Shown: positions 36,464 to 46,091, counted from the stretch's first letter. The stretch: DNA of 55,708 bases from Actinomycetota bacterium (GCA_016781105.1 JADDRA010000038.1:1-55708); one strand, 5' to 3'. The notes: generated by a model not told the origin, from the sequence alone. Translations and numbers: made by a program.

Positions 36464-36901
36464 GTGGGGAGAAGCACCGAGAAAGCTCCACCTGCCTATC
36501 GGATCGGTTTGGCGGCATCCCTGCTGGGCGTGAGCGTCGACACGGTGCGGCGCTGGGCCGACGGGGGGCGCCTGCAGATCCGCCGGACCGAGGGCGGTCA
36601 GCGCCTGGTGGAGGGGGCCTCGCTGGCCCGCCTGGCCGAGGAGCTGGCCACCGAGCAGGCCCAGGACCGGGAGCGACCGCCGGCGCCGGGGGCCTCGGCC
36701 CGCAACCGCCTGCCCGGCATCGTCACCCGGGTGACCAGCGACACAGTGATGGCCCAGGTCGAGCTGCAGGTGGGACCCCACCGGATGGTGTCGCTCATGA
36801 CCCGGGAGGCGGCCGAGGAGCTGGGCCTGGCCCCGGGGGTGCTCGCCGTGGCCACGGTCAAGGCGACCAACGTCGTGGTCGAGGTCGCGCCCGAGCCGTG
36901 A
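36464..36901 (+). CDS. MerR/excisionase-type HTH plus TOBE (molybdate-binding) domain regulator
   Basis: The N-terminal HTH is YRIGLAASLLGVSVDTVRRWADGGRL. The C-terminal TOBE/Mop pattern is ARNRLPGIVTRVTSDTVMAQVELQVGPHRMVSLMTREAAEELGLAPGVLAVATVKATNVVV. It sits immediately upstream of modABC. Confidence 0.75.
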   Translation: MGRSTEKAPPAYRIGLAASLLGVSVDTVRRWADGGRLQIRRTEGGQRLVEGASLARLAEELATEQAQDRERPPAPGASARNRLPGIVTRVTSDTVMAQVELQVGPHRMVSLMTREAAEELGLAPGVLAVATVKATNVVVEVAPEP

Positions 36902-37692
36902 GGCGCCTGGTGCTCCGCCCGCTCGCCGTCGCCGTCGCCGCCGGTCTCGCTCTGGCCCTGGCGGGCTGTGCCGACGGCGGTGCCGCCGGGGACACCGCCG
37001 GGGGCGCCCGAGTCCTCAGCGTGTTCGCCGCCGCCTCGCTCACCGACGCGTTCAGCGAGATCGGCGAGGTCTTCTCCTCCTCATCACCGACCTCCTCCCC
37101 GGGTGTGGAGGTGCGGTTCAACTTCGGTCCCAGCTCGGGCCTGCTCACCCAGCTCCTCGAGGGCGCCCCGGCCGACGTCTACGCCTCGGCCGACGAGGCG
37201 ACCATGGACGAGGCCCGGGCCGGGGGGGCGGTGGCGGAGCGTCCCACCGCCTTCGCTCGCAACGTGCTGGCCCTCGCCGTGCCGGCCGGGAACCCGGTCC
37301 GGGTGCGGGGCCTGGCCGACCTCGCTCGCGACGAGCTCCTCGTCGGCCTGTGCGCCGCCGAGGTCCCCTGCGGACGCCTGGCGCGCCAGCTCCTCGACCG
37401 CGAGGCGGTGAGGGTTGCCCCGGACACCGAGGAGCCCGACGTCCGATCCCTGCTCACCAAGATCGAGGCCGGTGAGCTCGACGCCGGGCTGGTGTACCGC
37501 AGCGACGTGCGGGCAGGCGGGGCCCGGGTCGAGGGCATCGAGGTCCCCGAGTCCGAGGAGGTGGGCACCACCTATCCGGTCGCCCCGGTCGCTCGGGCCG
37601 CCGAGCCGGAGCTGGCCCGGGCCTTCGTCGCCTTTGTGGTGTCGGGTGAGGGACGCCGGATCCTCGCCGACCACGGCTTCCTGGCGCCGTGA
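36898..37692 (+). CDS. modA: Molybdate ABC transporter substrate-binding lipoprotein
   Basis: The lipobox is LALAGCADG. The sequence shows VFAAASLTDAF and the ModA-like pattern DVYASADEATM. Confidence 0.88.
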   Translation: MRRLVLRPLAVAVAAGLALALAGCADGGAAGDTAGGARVLSVFAAASLTDAFSEIGEVFSSSSPTSSPGVEVRFNFGPSSGLLTQLLEGAPADVYASADEATMDEARAGGAVAERPTAFARNVLALAVPAGNPVRVRGLADLARDELLVGLCAAEVPCGRLARQLLDREAVRVAPDTEEPDVRSLLTKIEAGELDAGLVYRSDVRAGGARVEGIEVPESEEVGTTYPVAPVARAAEPELARAFVAFVVSGEGRRILADHGFLAP

Positions 37693-38474
37693 GGACCCGC
37701 CGCCCACCGCTGGTGCTGGTGGGCCTGGCCGGGCTGGCCGTGGCCTTCGTCGCCCTGCCCTTCGTGGGGCTGCTCCAGCGGGCGCCGTGGAGCGGGCTGC
37801 CGGCCCTGCTCGCTCGTCCCCTGGTGGCCGAGGCCCTGGGCCTGTCCCTGAGCAGCGCCCTGGCCGCCACCGCCATCTCGGTGGTGGTGGGCGTGCCCCT
37901 GGCCTGGGTGCTGGCCCGCCACGACTTCCCCGGCCGGGCCCTGGTGCGGGCGCTGGTGACCCTGCCCATGGTGCTGCCCCCGGTGGTGGGGGGCGCCGCC
38001 CTGCTGTTCGCCCTCGGGCGCCAGGGCTTGGTGGGGCGGTGGCTGGAGACGCAGTTCGGCATCCTCCTGCCCTTCTCCACCGCCGGGGTGGTGGTGGCCC
38101 AGACCTTCGTCGCCCTGCCGTTCCTCGTCGTCACCGTCGAGGCGGGGCTGGCGTCGGGCGATCCCCGCTACGAGGACGCCGCCGCCACCCTGGGCGCCAG
38201 CCGCTGGACGGCCTTCCGCCGGGTGACCCTCCCCCTGGTCGCTCCGTCGATCGTGGCCGGGGCGGTGCTGTGCTGGGCCCGGGCCCTGGGCGAGTTCGGG
38301 GCCACCATCACCTTCGCCGGCAACCTGGCCGGGCGGACCCAGACCCTGCCCCTGGCTGTGTTCCTCGCCCTGGAGGACGATCGCGACGCTGCCATCGCCC
38401 TCAGCCTCGTCCTCGTCGCCGTCTCCCTGGCCGTGCTGGTGGCGCTGCGGGGCCGCTGGTTCGCCCGGCTGTGA
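37689..38474 (+). CDS. modB: Molybdate ABC transporter permease
   Basis: The GTGA start overlaps the modA stop. TM helices are present. The EAA loop is YEDAAATLGASRWTAFRRVTLPLVAPS, and FGATITFAGN is typical of ModB. Confidence 0.9.
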   Translation: MRTRRPPLVLVGLAGLAVAFVALPFVGLLQRAPWSGLPALLARPLVAEALGLSLSSALAATAISVVVGVPLAWVLARHDFPGRALVRALVTLPMVLPPVVGGAALLFALGRQGLVGRWLETQFGILLPFSTAGVVVAQTFVALPFLVVTVEAGLASGDPRYEDAAATLGASRWTAFRRVTLPLVAPSIVAGAVLCWARALGEFGATITFAGNLAGRTQTLPLAVFLALEDDRDAAIALSLVLVAVSLAVLVALRGRWFARL

Positions 38475-39541
38475 GCAGGCCCGCAGGCCTCGATGCCCGG
38501 GTCGCCCTCACCCTCGGTCGCCTCGACCTCGACGTCGAGCTGCAGGTCGGCGCCGGCGAGGTCGTCGCCCTCCTCGGTCCCAACGGGGCGGGTAAGACGA
38601 CGCTGCTGCGGGCCCTGGCCGGGCTGGCCCCCCTGGCCGAGGGCCGGGTGACCCTCGACGGGGACGTGCTCGACGAGCCGGCCACCGGCACGTGGGTGCC
38701 GACCGAGCGCCGGCCGATCGGCTACGTCTTCCAGGACCACCTGCTGTTCCCCCACCTGAGCGCCCTCGACAACGTGGCCTTCGGCCTGCGCTGCCGGGGA
38801 GAGCGGCGCCGCCGCGCCCGGAGGGCGGCCGGCGAGTGGCTCGAGCGCCTGGGCCTGGCCGCCCACGCCCGGAGCCATCCCCGGGCGCTGTCGGGTGGCC
38901 AGGCCCAGCGGGTGGCCCTGGCCCGGGCCCTGGCTCCCCGGCCCCGCCTGCTCCTGCTCGACGAGCCCCTGGCCGCCCTCGACGCCGCCACCCGCCTCGA
39001 CGTCCGGGCCGAGCTGCGGCGCCACCTGGCCGACTTCGACGGTGCCCGGCTGCTCGTGACCCACGATCCGCTCGACGCCATGGTCCTGGCCGACCGTCTC
39101 GTCCTCGTGGAGGACGGCCGGGTCGTCCAGTCGGGCACGGCCACCGACATCAGTCGCCGTCCCCGCACGGCCTACGGAGCCCGGCTGGTGGGGCGCAACC
39201 TGCTGGCCGGGCGGATGGTGGGCACGACGGTGCGCCTGCACGACGGTGGCGAGCTCCACGTCGCCGGGCGCCATCCCAGCGGGAGCCTGGTGCATGTGAG
39301 CATCCGGCCCGGGTCGGTGGCGCTGTTCCGCACCCCCCCCGACGGCACGCCCCGCAACGTCTGGTCCGGGGCCGTCGCCGCCCTGGAGCACCGGGGCGAC
39401 CGGGTCCAGGTCGACGTGGCCGGACCCATCCCGGTGGTGGCCGAGGTCACCACCGAGGCCGTGGCCGACCTCGGGCTCTGTGAGGGCGCGCCCGTGTGGG
39501 TGGGCATCAAGGCCACCGAGATCGACGTCTACGCGGCCTGA
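38471..39541 (+). CDS. modC: Molybdate ABC transporter ATP-binding protein
   Basis: The GTGA start overlaps the modB stop. The sequence has Walker A GPNGAGKTT, signature LSGGQAQR, Walker B LLLLDEP and a C-terminal TOBE-like domain. Confidence 0.9.
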   Translation: MSRPAGLDARVALTLGRLDLDVELQVGAGEVVALLGPNGAGKTTLLRALAGLAPLAEGRVTLDGDVLDEPATGTWVPTERRPIGYVFQDHLLFPHLSALDNVAFGLRCRGERRRRARRAAGEWLERLGLAAHARSHPRALSGGQAQRVALARALAPRPRLLLLDEPLAALDAATRLDVRAELRRHLADFDGARLLVTHDPLDAMVLADRLVLVEDGRVVQSGTATDISRRPRTAYGARLVGRNLLAGRMVGTTVRLHDGGELHVAGRHPSGSLVHVSIRPGSVALFRTPPDGTPRNVWSGAVAALEHRGDRVQVDVAGPIPVVAEVTTEAVADLGLCEGAPVWVGIKATEIDVYAA

Positions 39542-39575
39542 CCCTGGAGGAGGAGGGACGGCGCGGGACGGGGTG

Positions 39576-40970
39576 ATGGGCTACACAGGGCGGGTGCGGA
39601 CCTTCGACGTGGTGGTGCTGGGGGCGGGATCGGCGGGCGAGAACTTGGCGTCGGCGCTGGCCGAGGCCGGTCGCTCCGTCGCCCTGGTGGCGTCGGGCCT
39701 GGTGGGAGGCGAGTGCCCCTACCTGGCCTGCATGCCGAGCAAGGCCCTGCTGCGCTCGGCCGAGGTCCGGTCGCTGGCTCGCGCCGCGGCGTCGCTGGGG
39801 GCGACGTCGCGCCCGCTCGAGCTGGACGACGACGAGTCGGCGTGGGCGGCGGCGGTGGCCCGAAGGGACGAGGTGGCCCGCCACCAGGACGACCGCGACT
39901 CGGCCGACGCCGTTGGCCGCCAGGGGGTGACCCTGGTTCGGGGCCGGGGACGGGTGTCGGGGCCGGGTACGGTGGAGGTCGACGGGGACGAGCTGGGCTG
40001 GTCCGAACTGGTGGTGGCCACCGGGAGCCGGGCGTTCCTCCCTCCCATCGAGGGCCTCGACTCGGTGGCCACCTGGACCAGCGATCAGGCCCTCACCTCG
40101 CCCGAGCGGCCCCGGTCGCTGGCGGTGCTGGGCGGAGGCCCGGTGGGCTGCGAGCTGGGCCAGGCCTATGCCCGCTTCGGCGTGGCCGTCACCCTGGTCG
40201 AGTCCGCTCCCCGGGTGCTGCCCAACGAGGAACCCCGGATCGGCGAGCACCTGGGCGCGGCGCTGGAGGCCGACGGCGTCACCGTGCTGACCGGCACCAC
40301 CGTGGCCGGCGCCCGGGCCGAGGCAGGCCGGGTGCGCCTCGATCTCGAGGGGGCGGGCGCGCCCGTCGTCGCCGAGCGGGTGCTGGTGGCGACGGGCCGG
40401 CGGCCCGAGGTCGACGACCTCGGGTTGGAGCGGCTCGGCATCGAAGCCGGGGAGCGGGGCCTCGAGCTCGACGAGCGGTGCCGGGTGGTGGGCCAGGACC
40501 ACGTGTGGGCGGCGGGCGACGTGACCGGGGTCGCCCCCTTCACCCACACCGCCAACTACCAAGCCCGGGTGATCGCCACCAACCTGCTCGGGGGTGACGC
40601 GGTCACCGACTACCGGGCCATCCCCCGGGCCGTCTACACCGACCCCCAGGTGGGGGCGGTGGGGCTGACGGCCGAGGCCGCCCGGGCCCAGGGGATCGAC
40701 GTGGCCAGCGCCGCCTTCCCGGTGGGTGAGACCGCCCGGGCGGCGAGCGAGGCCTCGGGCGAGGGGTGCCTGGTGCTGGTGGCCGACCGCCGGCGAGGCG
40801 TCCTGGTGGGGGCGTCGGCGGTGGGCCGCCACGCCGACGAGTGGATCGGCCAGGCCACCCTGGCGGTCCGGGCCGAGGTCCCGCTCTCCACCCTCCTCGA
40901 CGTCATCCAGCCCTTCCCCACCTTCAGCGAGGCCTACTTCCCCGCCCTCCAGGACCTGGCCGACGGCTGA
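39576..40970 (+). CDS. Class I pyridine nucleotide-disulfide oxidoreductase (dihydrolipoyl dehydrogenase/mercuric reductase-like)
   Basis: The FAD-binding motif is FDVVVLGAGSAGE. The redox-active disulfide is GGECPYLACMPSK. The NAD-binding motif is LAVLGGGPVGCELGQ. The C-terminal dimerisation domain has YTDPQVGAVGLTE. Confidence 0.8.
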   Translation: MGYTGRVRTFDVVVLGAGSAGENLASALAEAGRSVALVASGLVGGECPYLACMPSKALLRSAEVRSLARAAASLGATSRPLELDDDESAWAAAVARRDEVARHQDDRDSADAVGRQGVTLVRGRGRVSGPGTVEVDGDELGWSELVVATGSRAFLPPIEGLDSVATWTSDQALTSPERPRSLAVLGGGPVGCELGQAYARFGVAVTLVESAPRVLPNEEPRIGEHLGAALEADGVTVLTGTTVAGARAEAGRVRLDLEGAGAPVVAERVLVATGRRPEVDDLGLERLGIEAGERGLELDERCRVVGQDHVWAAGDVTGVAPFTHTANYQARVIATNLLGGDAVTDYRAIPRAVYTDPQVGAVGLTAEAARAQGIDVASAAFPVGETARAASEASGEGCLVLVADRRRGVLVGASAVGRHADEWIGQATLAVRAEVPLSTLLDVIQPFPTFSEAYFPALQDLADG

Positions 40971-41005
40971 GGCCGCGCCCGCTCCGCTGCTGGGTCGGCC
41001 CCGAC

Positions 41006-41278
41006 TCAGTCAGTGGGACGGGCGACCTCGTCGGACGCCCGACCGTGTCGCTGGCGCTGCTCCTGGAGAAGCAGGGCAACGCCGGACGCGGTGCGCTCTA
41101 CGGTCCGTCGCATCGTGAGGACGGTGCGGACGAGGAGGACGGCGAGCACGGCGGCCGCCAGCACCAGGGCGATGCTCACGACGTTCCAGACCAGCTCGGC
41201 GCCAGTCGGCCTGATCGGACCGGGTCCCTCGGACTGGGCCAGGAGGACCAGGGCGGGCGTATGCCCGGATCGTAGCAA
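41006..41278 (-). CDS. Hypothetical small membrane protein (single TM)
   Basis: The 90-aa ORF has one clear hydrophobic helix (VWNVVSIALVLAAAVLAVLLV) followed by a charged tail. No family was recognised, and the start is uncertain. Confidence 0.35.
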   Translation of the reverse strand: MLRSGHTPALVLLAQSEGPGPIRPTGAELVWNVVSIALVLAAAVLAVLLVRTVLTMRRTVERTASGVALLLQEQRQRHGRASDEVARPTD

Positions 41279-41338
41279 GAGGGGCCCGCCACCCGACCAT
41301 CCGGTCGACAGGGGCTGGGGCGGCGCCGGCGGCTAGCG

Positions 41339-42658
41339 CTAGCGCCGGGTGCTGGGCTCGTCGGCGGCGCCGACCATGAGCCGGGCCGTGCGGTCGGTGG
41401 TGAGGTAGTTCCACGCCCAGGAGGTGAGGACCTCGAAGCGGCTGCGGTAGCCGACCAGGCGCTGCAGGTGCAGCGCCAGCCACATGACCCAGGCCAGCCG
41501 GCCCCGGAACCGCAGGCCGTTGGGCAGCTCGGCCACCGCGGCGTTGCGCCCGATGGTGGCCATGACCCCCTTGTTGCGGTAGTCGAACCGATCCGTGGCC
41601 AGCCCCTGGCGCCGCCGCCGGAGCTGGGCGGCCACGTGGTCGGCCCCCTGCTGGGCGAGGGGGGCCATCTGGGGGTGGAGGTTCCCGTCGAGGTCCCGGC
41701 TGGCGGCCAGGTCGCCGATGACGAAGACGTCGGGGTGTCCTGGCACCGACAGGTCGGGTTCGACCACGATCCGCCCGCCCTGGGTCTGGTCCAGGCCCAG
41801 CCTGTCGGCGAGGGGGTTGGCCCGCACCCCCGCGGTCCAGATCAGCGTCCGGGTGGGCACCACCGCGCCGCCGGCCAGGTGGACCGCGTCGGCGGTGACG
41901 GCTTCGACGGTCGTGCCCAGGCGGACCTCCACTCCCCGGGACTCCAAGGTGTGCCGGGCGTTCTCCCGGGAGCGGGGGTGGAAGGGGTCGATGAGGTGAT
42001 CGGTGGCCTCGATCAGCACGACGTGGGCCCGGTCGACGTCGAGGCCGGGGAAGTCCTTGCGCACCACGTTGTCGATGAGCTCGACCAGGGCACCGGCCAG
42101 CTCGACCCCGGTGGGACCCCCGCCCACCACGCTGAAGGTCAGCTCCCCCGACTCGATGCGCGCGGGATCGGCCAGCGTCCGCTCAAAGCGCTCGAGGACG
42201 TGGTGGCGCAGCCGGAGGGCCTCCTCGGGTGACTTGAGCGGGAAGGCGTGCTCGGCGACGCCCTCGATCCCGTAGTCACTGGTGACCGCACCGGTGGCCA
42301 GGACGAGGGTGTCGAAGGCGATGGGCGTGCCGTCGGCCAGCAGGACCAGCTTGGCCGCCCAGTCGACCCCGGTGACCGTGCCCAGGCGGACCTCCACGTT
42401 GGCCTGGCGGCGCAGGATCGCCCGCAGCGAGCGGGCGATGGCGGCGGGGTCGAGCATGGCGGTGGCCACCTGGTAGAGCAGGGGCTGGAAGGTGTGGAAG
42501 TTGCGACGGTCGACCAGGGTGACCTGGACCGGCTCGTCCTCCAGCACCTGGGCCAGGCGCAGGCCCCCGAACCCACCGCCGACGATGACGACCCGTGGTC
42601 GGTCCTTGTGCCGGTCCTCGCGCCCCAGCATCTCGCGGCTGTCCCTCGTTGCCATCAT
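41339..42658 (-). CDS. ndh: Type II NADH dehydrogenase (NDH-2)
   Basis: The sequence shows RVVIVGGGFGGLRLA, LVDRRNFHTFQPLLYQVAT, the second Rossmann fold FSVVGGGPTGVELAG, and VIGDLA. The start was chosen at an internal ATG (MMATRD), which is uncertain. Confidence 0.85.
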   Translation of the reverse strand: MMATRDSREMLGREDRHKDRPRVVIVGGGFGGLRLAQVLEDEPVQVTLVDRRNFHTFQPLLYQVATAMLDPAAIARSLRAILRRQANVEVRLGTVTGVDWAAKLVLLADGTPIAFDTLVLATGAVTSDYGIEGVAEHAFPLKSPEEALRLRHHVLERFERTLADPARIESGELTFSVVGGGPTGVELAGALVELIDNVVRKDFPGLDVDRAHVVLIEATDHLIDPFHPRSRENARHTLESRGVEVRLGTTVEAVTADAVHLAGGAVVPTRTLIWTAGVRANPLADRLGLDQTQGGRIVVEPDLSVPGHPDVFVIGDLAASRDLDGNLHPQMAPLAQQGADHVAAQLRRRRQGLATDRFDYRNKGVMATIGRNAAVAELPNGLRFRGRLAWVMWLALHLQRLVGYRSRFEVLTSWAWNYLTTDRTARLMVGAADEPSTRR

Positions 42659-42763
42659 CCTTGCTCCCGTTGCCCCCGGCAGCGACGTCGGGTCGGGGGC
42701 CTGACCGTCCACCTCCGGCGCCTCCCTACACTACGGCGGCTCGATCCCCGTCCCGGAGCTGCC

Positions 42764-43912
42764 GTGGAGGACAAGCCAGCGCGCCCACCAGCCACCGGCC
42801 GGGCCCGGGCGGTCCTGCGGGGGGCGCTCTCGCTGGCCGTGGTGCTCGCCGTCTTCGTGGGCGTCCTGCCCCGCATCGCCGACCTCGGCGAGGTGTGGGC
42901 CACGGTCGGAGCCATGACCGGGCTGGAGCTGGCCACGGTGGGGGCGGCGGCGGCCTGGAACCTCTGCAGCTACTGGCTGGTCCAGGTCAGCGCTCTGCCC
43001 GGGCTGCGGGTGGGCCAGGCCGCCGTGGTCACCCAGTCGTCCACCGCGCTGGCCAACACCGTGCCGGCCGGGGCCGCGGTCGGCGTGGGCGTCGTCTACG
43101 CCATGTACGCGTCGTGGGGCTTCTCCCGCTCGTCGATCACGCTGAGCCTGCTGCTGTCGGGGATCTGGAACAACTTCGTCAAGGTCGGCATGCCCGTGAT
43201 CGCCCTGGCCCTGCTCGCCCTCCAGGGTGACGCCACCGCCGCCCTGGTGGCTGCCTCCCTGGCCGGAGTGGGGGCGCTGGTGGTCACCCTGGTGGGCTTC
43301 GGGCTGCTGCTGCGCAGCGACGGGCTGGCCCGGGCAGTGGGCTCGGCCGCCCAGCGGGTGGCGTCGGCCGGGCTCGCGCTGGTCCGCCGGGGGCCGGTGT
43401 CGGGGTGGGGGGAGGCCACCGTGCGCTTCCGGTCCGACACGATCGGCCTCCTCCGGCGCCGGGCCGCCGCCCTCACCGTTGCCACCGTGGTGAGCCACCT
43501 GTCGCTCTACCTGGTGCTGGTGGTGGCTCTGCGCCACGTCGGGGTGTCCGAGGACGAGGTCGGGGCCGTCGAGGTGCTGGGCGCCTTCGCCTTCGTGCGC
43601 CTGGTCTCGGCCCTGCCCGTGACCCCGGGGGGCATCGGGGTGGTCGAGCTGGGCCTGACCGCCGCCCTGGTGGTGGCCGGGGGGGACGAGGAGCTGGTGG
43701 TGGCCGGGGTCCTCGTCTACCGGGCGCTCACCTACCTGTTCCCCATCCCCTTCGGTGCCCTCGCCTACCTCTGGTGGCGGCGGTACGCCCGGGTCAGGGA
43801 TCGAGGCGCAGGCCCAGATCGTCCTGCAGCTCGGCGGCCAGGGTCTGGCGGGGGAACAGCGACACCGCCTCGTGCAGCTCGGAGTGCAGGGCGATGTGCG
43901 CCCCCTCGGTGA
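42764..43912 (+). CDS. Flippase-like / lysylphosphatidylglycerol-synthase transmembrane-domain family protein
   Basis: The start is the GTG at 42764. The protein is polytopic, with the family pattern ...FAFVRLVSALPVTPGGIGVVELGLTAALV...VLVYRALTYLFPIPFGAL. Its 3' end overlaps the convergent lipoprotein gene by 119 bp. Confidence 0.72.
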   Translation: MEDKPARPPATGRARAVLRGALSLAVVLAVFVGVLPRIADLGEVWATVGAMTGLELATVGAAAAWNLCSYWLVQVSALPGLRVGQAAVVTQSSTALANTVPAGAAVGVGVVYAMYASWGFSRSSITLSLLLSGIWNNFVKVGMPVIALALLALQGDATAALVAASLAGVGALVVTLVGFGLLLRSDGLARAVGSAAQRVASAGLALVRRGPVSGWGEATVRFRSDTIGLLRRRAAALTVATVVSHLSLYLVLVVALRHVGVSEDEVGAVEVLGAFAFVRLVSALPVTPGGIGVVELGLTAALVVAGGDEELVVAGVLVYRALTYLFPIPFGALAYLWWRRYARVRDRGAGPDRPAARRPGSGGGTATPPRAARSAGRCAPPR

Positions 43913-44336
43913 GCTCGTAGCGGTAGGTCACGCACCCACCCTCGAAGACGTCGTAGGTGGCGCCGGCGAAGCGGGGCGTGAGCGAGGCGAGCCGCTGGAA
44001 CCGCCGGGTCCGGTCCTCCTCGGGCTCGACCGAGCTGGCCCCCCCGGTGTCGCACGCCGCGGCCAGCTCGACCTCCAGGGCCCGCACGCCGGCCCGGTCG
44101 GAGTCCAGCCAGAACCGGGCTCGGCCCGATTCGACGTCGAGGGCGGAGAAGCTCCACCCGACCGGCATCTCCCGGACGCAGGGCACCATCGAGGCGCTGG
44201 GGACGGCCTGGGCCAGGATGGCCAGACGGCCGCCGGCCTGGCACTCGGGGATGGCCGTGTCCGGCCCGGCGCAGGCTCCCAGGACGGCCAGTGCCAGCAC
44301 CGCCAGCGGGCCGAACCGCCTCGGCGCCGTGCTCAC
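43794..44336 (-). CDS. Hypothetical lipoprotein
   Basis: The GTG at 44336 overlaps the upstream stop (GTGA). The signal and lipobox are RRFGPLAVLALAVLGACAG. The 180-aa mature part contains several Cys residues, and no family was recognised. Confidence 0.55.
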   Translation of the reverse strand: MSTAPRRFGPLAVLALAVLGACAGPDTAIPECQAGGRLAILAQAVPSASMVPCVREMPVGWSFSALDVESGRARFWLDSDRAGVRALEVELAAACDTGGASSVEPEEDRTRRFQRLASLTPRFAGATYDVFEGGCVTYRYELTEGAHIALHSELHEAVSLFPRQTLAAELQDDLGLRLDP

Positions 44337-46042
44337 AGCAGTCCGGCGGTGCGCAGGTTGAACGCCAGCAGGCCGACGGCCGCGGCCACGCTGGCGGCCA
44401 CCGCCAGCGTGAGGGCGATGCGACGGATGCTCCAGAGCTGGATGGAGATGGGCGGTCGGCGGGGGGCCAGGGCGCAGAGCTGGCCGAGGAGGTCTCGGCC
44501 GTCCTCGCGCAGACGCCGGCGCAGGTCGGAGGGGATGGTGACGCTGCGGCTGGCGGCCAGGGCCTCGGCGATCTCCTCGGGCTCGAACAGCCGCCGGGCC
44601 CGCTCGTAGACCTTCTCGGCGCTGCTGCCCAGGGCCAGGGTCAGCATCATGTTGGTGAGGTCGACGGCCTGGCGCCAAGGCGTCGGCCGCACTGTGGCGA
44701 AGGCGACGTCGATGAGCAGGACCTTGCCGTCGCGCACCATCACGTTGGCCGGCTTGAGGTCGCGGTGGGCCAAGCCGGCGTCCCACATGCGCCGTACGAC
44801 CTCCAGGGCGTTGTCGATGACCCCGTCGTCGACCTCGGCCTCGTCGAGCTGGGTGGCCCCGGCCAGGAACTCGGTGACGATGAGGTACTCCCGCTCGGGG
44901 GTGATCTCGACGAAGCCGTAGGACAGGGGGACGGGCAGGCCGGCGTCGCCCATCACCCGCAGGAGGTAGTCCTCGTACTCGACCAGGCGGCGCACGCTGG
45001 AAAAGGTGCCCTCGTCCTCCAGGCGGCCGTAGAGGATGGCCCGCCCCAGCTTGTACCACCGGTCCGAGCGCAGGTGGCTGCGGGCGTAGAGCTTGGCGAA
45101 GACCTCGCTCTCCACGGCTTCGGGGCCGTGGCGCACCTTCAGCAGCAGGGGGGTCGAGCCGGCCGAGCCCTCCAGGCCGACCGGCCGCATGTCGAGCAGG
45201 GTGAGGTCGAGCTGCTGGTACAGGGCGAGGGCGATGGCCTCGCCCCGGCGGCCGCCCACGTCGAGGTGGGCGGTGCGGCCCCGCCGGTAGCTGATGGGGA
45301 AGGTCTCGCTCGGGGTGAGCAGGCGGAAGGCCACCACGGGGATGGCCATGCCGATGACGGCGGCGACGAAGGCGTCGCTCGGGTGGTCGACGCCGAGGTA
45401 GAGCCGGGCGGCGATCAGGGCGACGATGGGTACGCCGGCCGCCCACTTGGCCCGGTTGCGCCAGGTGCCTCCGGGGACCAGGGTGTAGAGGATCCCCATC
45501 AGGCTGAGGCCCAGGGCCACGACGGGCACCGAGGGGTGCGAGTAGCCCTCCCAGCCGCCGATGATCTCGACCTCGAGCGGGCGCAGGCGTCCGACGACCA
45601 GCGAGCTGGTGGCGGTCAGCGCGGTGACCACCAGGGTGATCCCGAGGAAGACGGCCAGGTGGCGGAAGCGGCGCAGCGCCAGCAGGGCCACCAGGGTCGC
45701 CCAGCGCAGGCCTCGCACCGTCCACTCGGATCCGAGGGCGTGGAGGTCGAGCATCACCGGGGTGAGGGCGTCGGTGCGGAGGGCCTCGATCCGCTGGAGG
45801 ACGGCGACGTCGGCGCGCACCAGCGCCTCGAAGGGGGCGCTGCCGAAGCCGAGGTAGAGCAGCACCCAGGCGGCCAGCACGGCGGTGGCCACGGCCAGGT
45901 AGGCCCAGCCGCTGGCGCTGATGGGGTGGGGGAGGGGTGGGGCCTCGCCCGAGGGTCGGCGCCGGCGACCGGTGCGCGAGACCACGGCCAGGCCCGGCAG
46001 CGTCGTGGCCTCTCCTCGGGCCGCCCCCTGCGTTGTCGCCAT
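44333..46042 (-). CDS. Fusion protein: N-terminal PAP2-like membrane phosphatase domain plus C-terminal protein-kinase-like (Kdo/WaaP/RIO-type) domain
   Basis: PAP2-like motifs are RLRP ... YSHPS ... RLYLGVDHPSDAF, embedded in about six TM helices. The kinase-like part has FAKLY (Lys), the catalytic loop LAHRDLKPANVMV and LLIDVAFA. The start was set at ATG 46042 (MATTQ), because the longer ORF to 46315 would overlap the divergent gene. Confidence 0.7.
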   Translation of the reverse strand: MATTQGAARGEATTLPGLAVVSRTGRRRRPSGEAPPLPHPISASGWAYLAVATAVLAAWVLLYLGFGSAPFEALVRADVAVLQRIEALRTDALTPVMLDLHALGSEWTVRGLRWATLVALLALRRFRHLAVFLGITLVVTALTATSSLVVGRLRPLEVEIIGGWEGYSHPSVPVVALGLSLMGILYTLVPGGTWRNRAKWAAGVPIVALIAARLYLGVDHPSDAFVAAVIGMAIPVVAFRLLTPSETFPISYRRGRTAHLDVGGRRGEAIALALYQQLDLTLLDMRPVGLEGSAGSTPLLLKVRHGPEAVESEVFAKLYARSHLRSDRWYKLGRAILYGRLEDEGTFSSVRRLVEYEDYLLRVMGDAGLPVPLSYGFVEITPEREYLIVTEFLAGATQLDEAEVDDGVIDNALEVVRRMWDAGLAHRDLKPANVMVRDGKVLLIDVAFATVRPTPWRQAVDLTNMMLTLALGSSAEKVYERARRLFEPEEIAEALAASRSVTIPSDLRRRLREDGRDLLGQLCALAPRRPPISIQLWSIRRIALTLAVAASVAAAVGLLAFNLRTAGLL

Positions 46043-46091
46043 CCTCCCTCGCTCGTACCGCTCGCGGTGCCGCCGGTATGGTACCGAGACG

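Noticed and set aside
37415-39541. A 708-aa ORF that appears to span modA, modB and modC.
   Set aside because: Only the part from the GTG at 38471 (ModC: Walker A, signature motif, TOBE domain) is real. The first 350 codons or so are an out-of-frame overlap of modA and modB with Pro/Arg/Gly-rich nonsense sequence.
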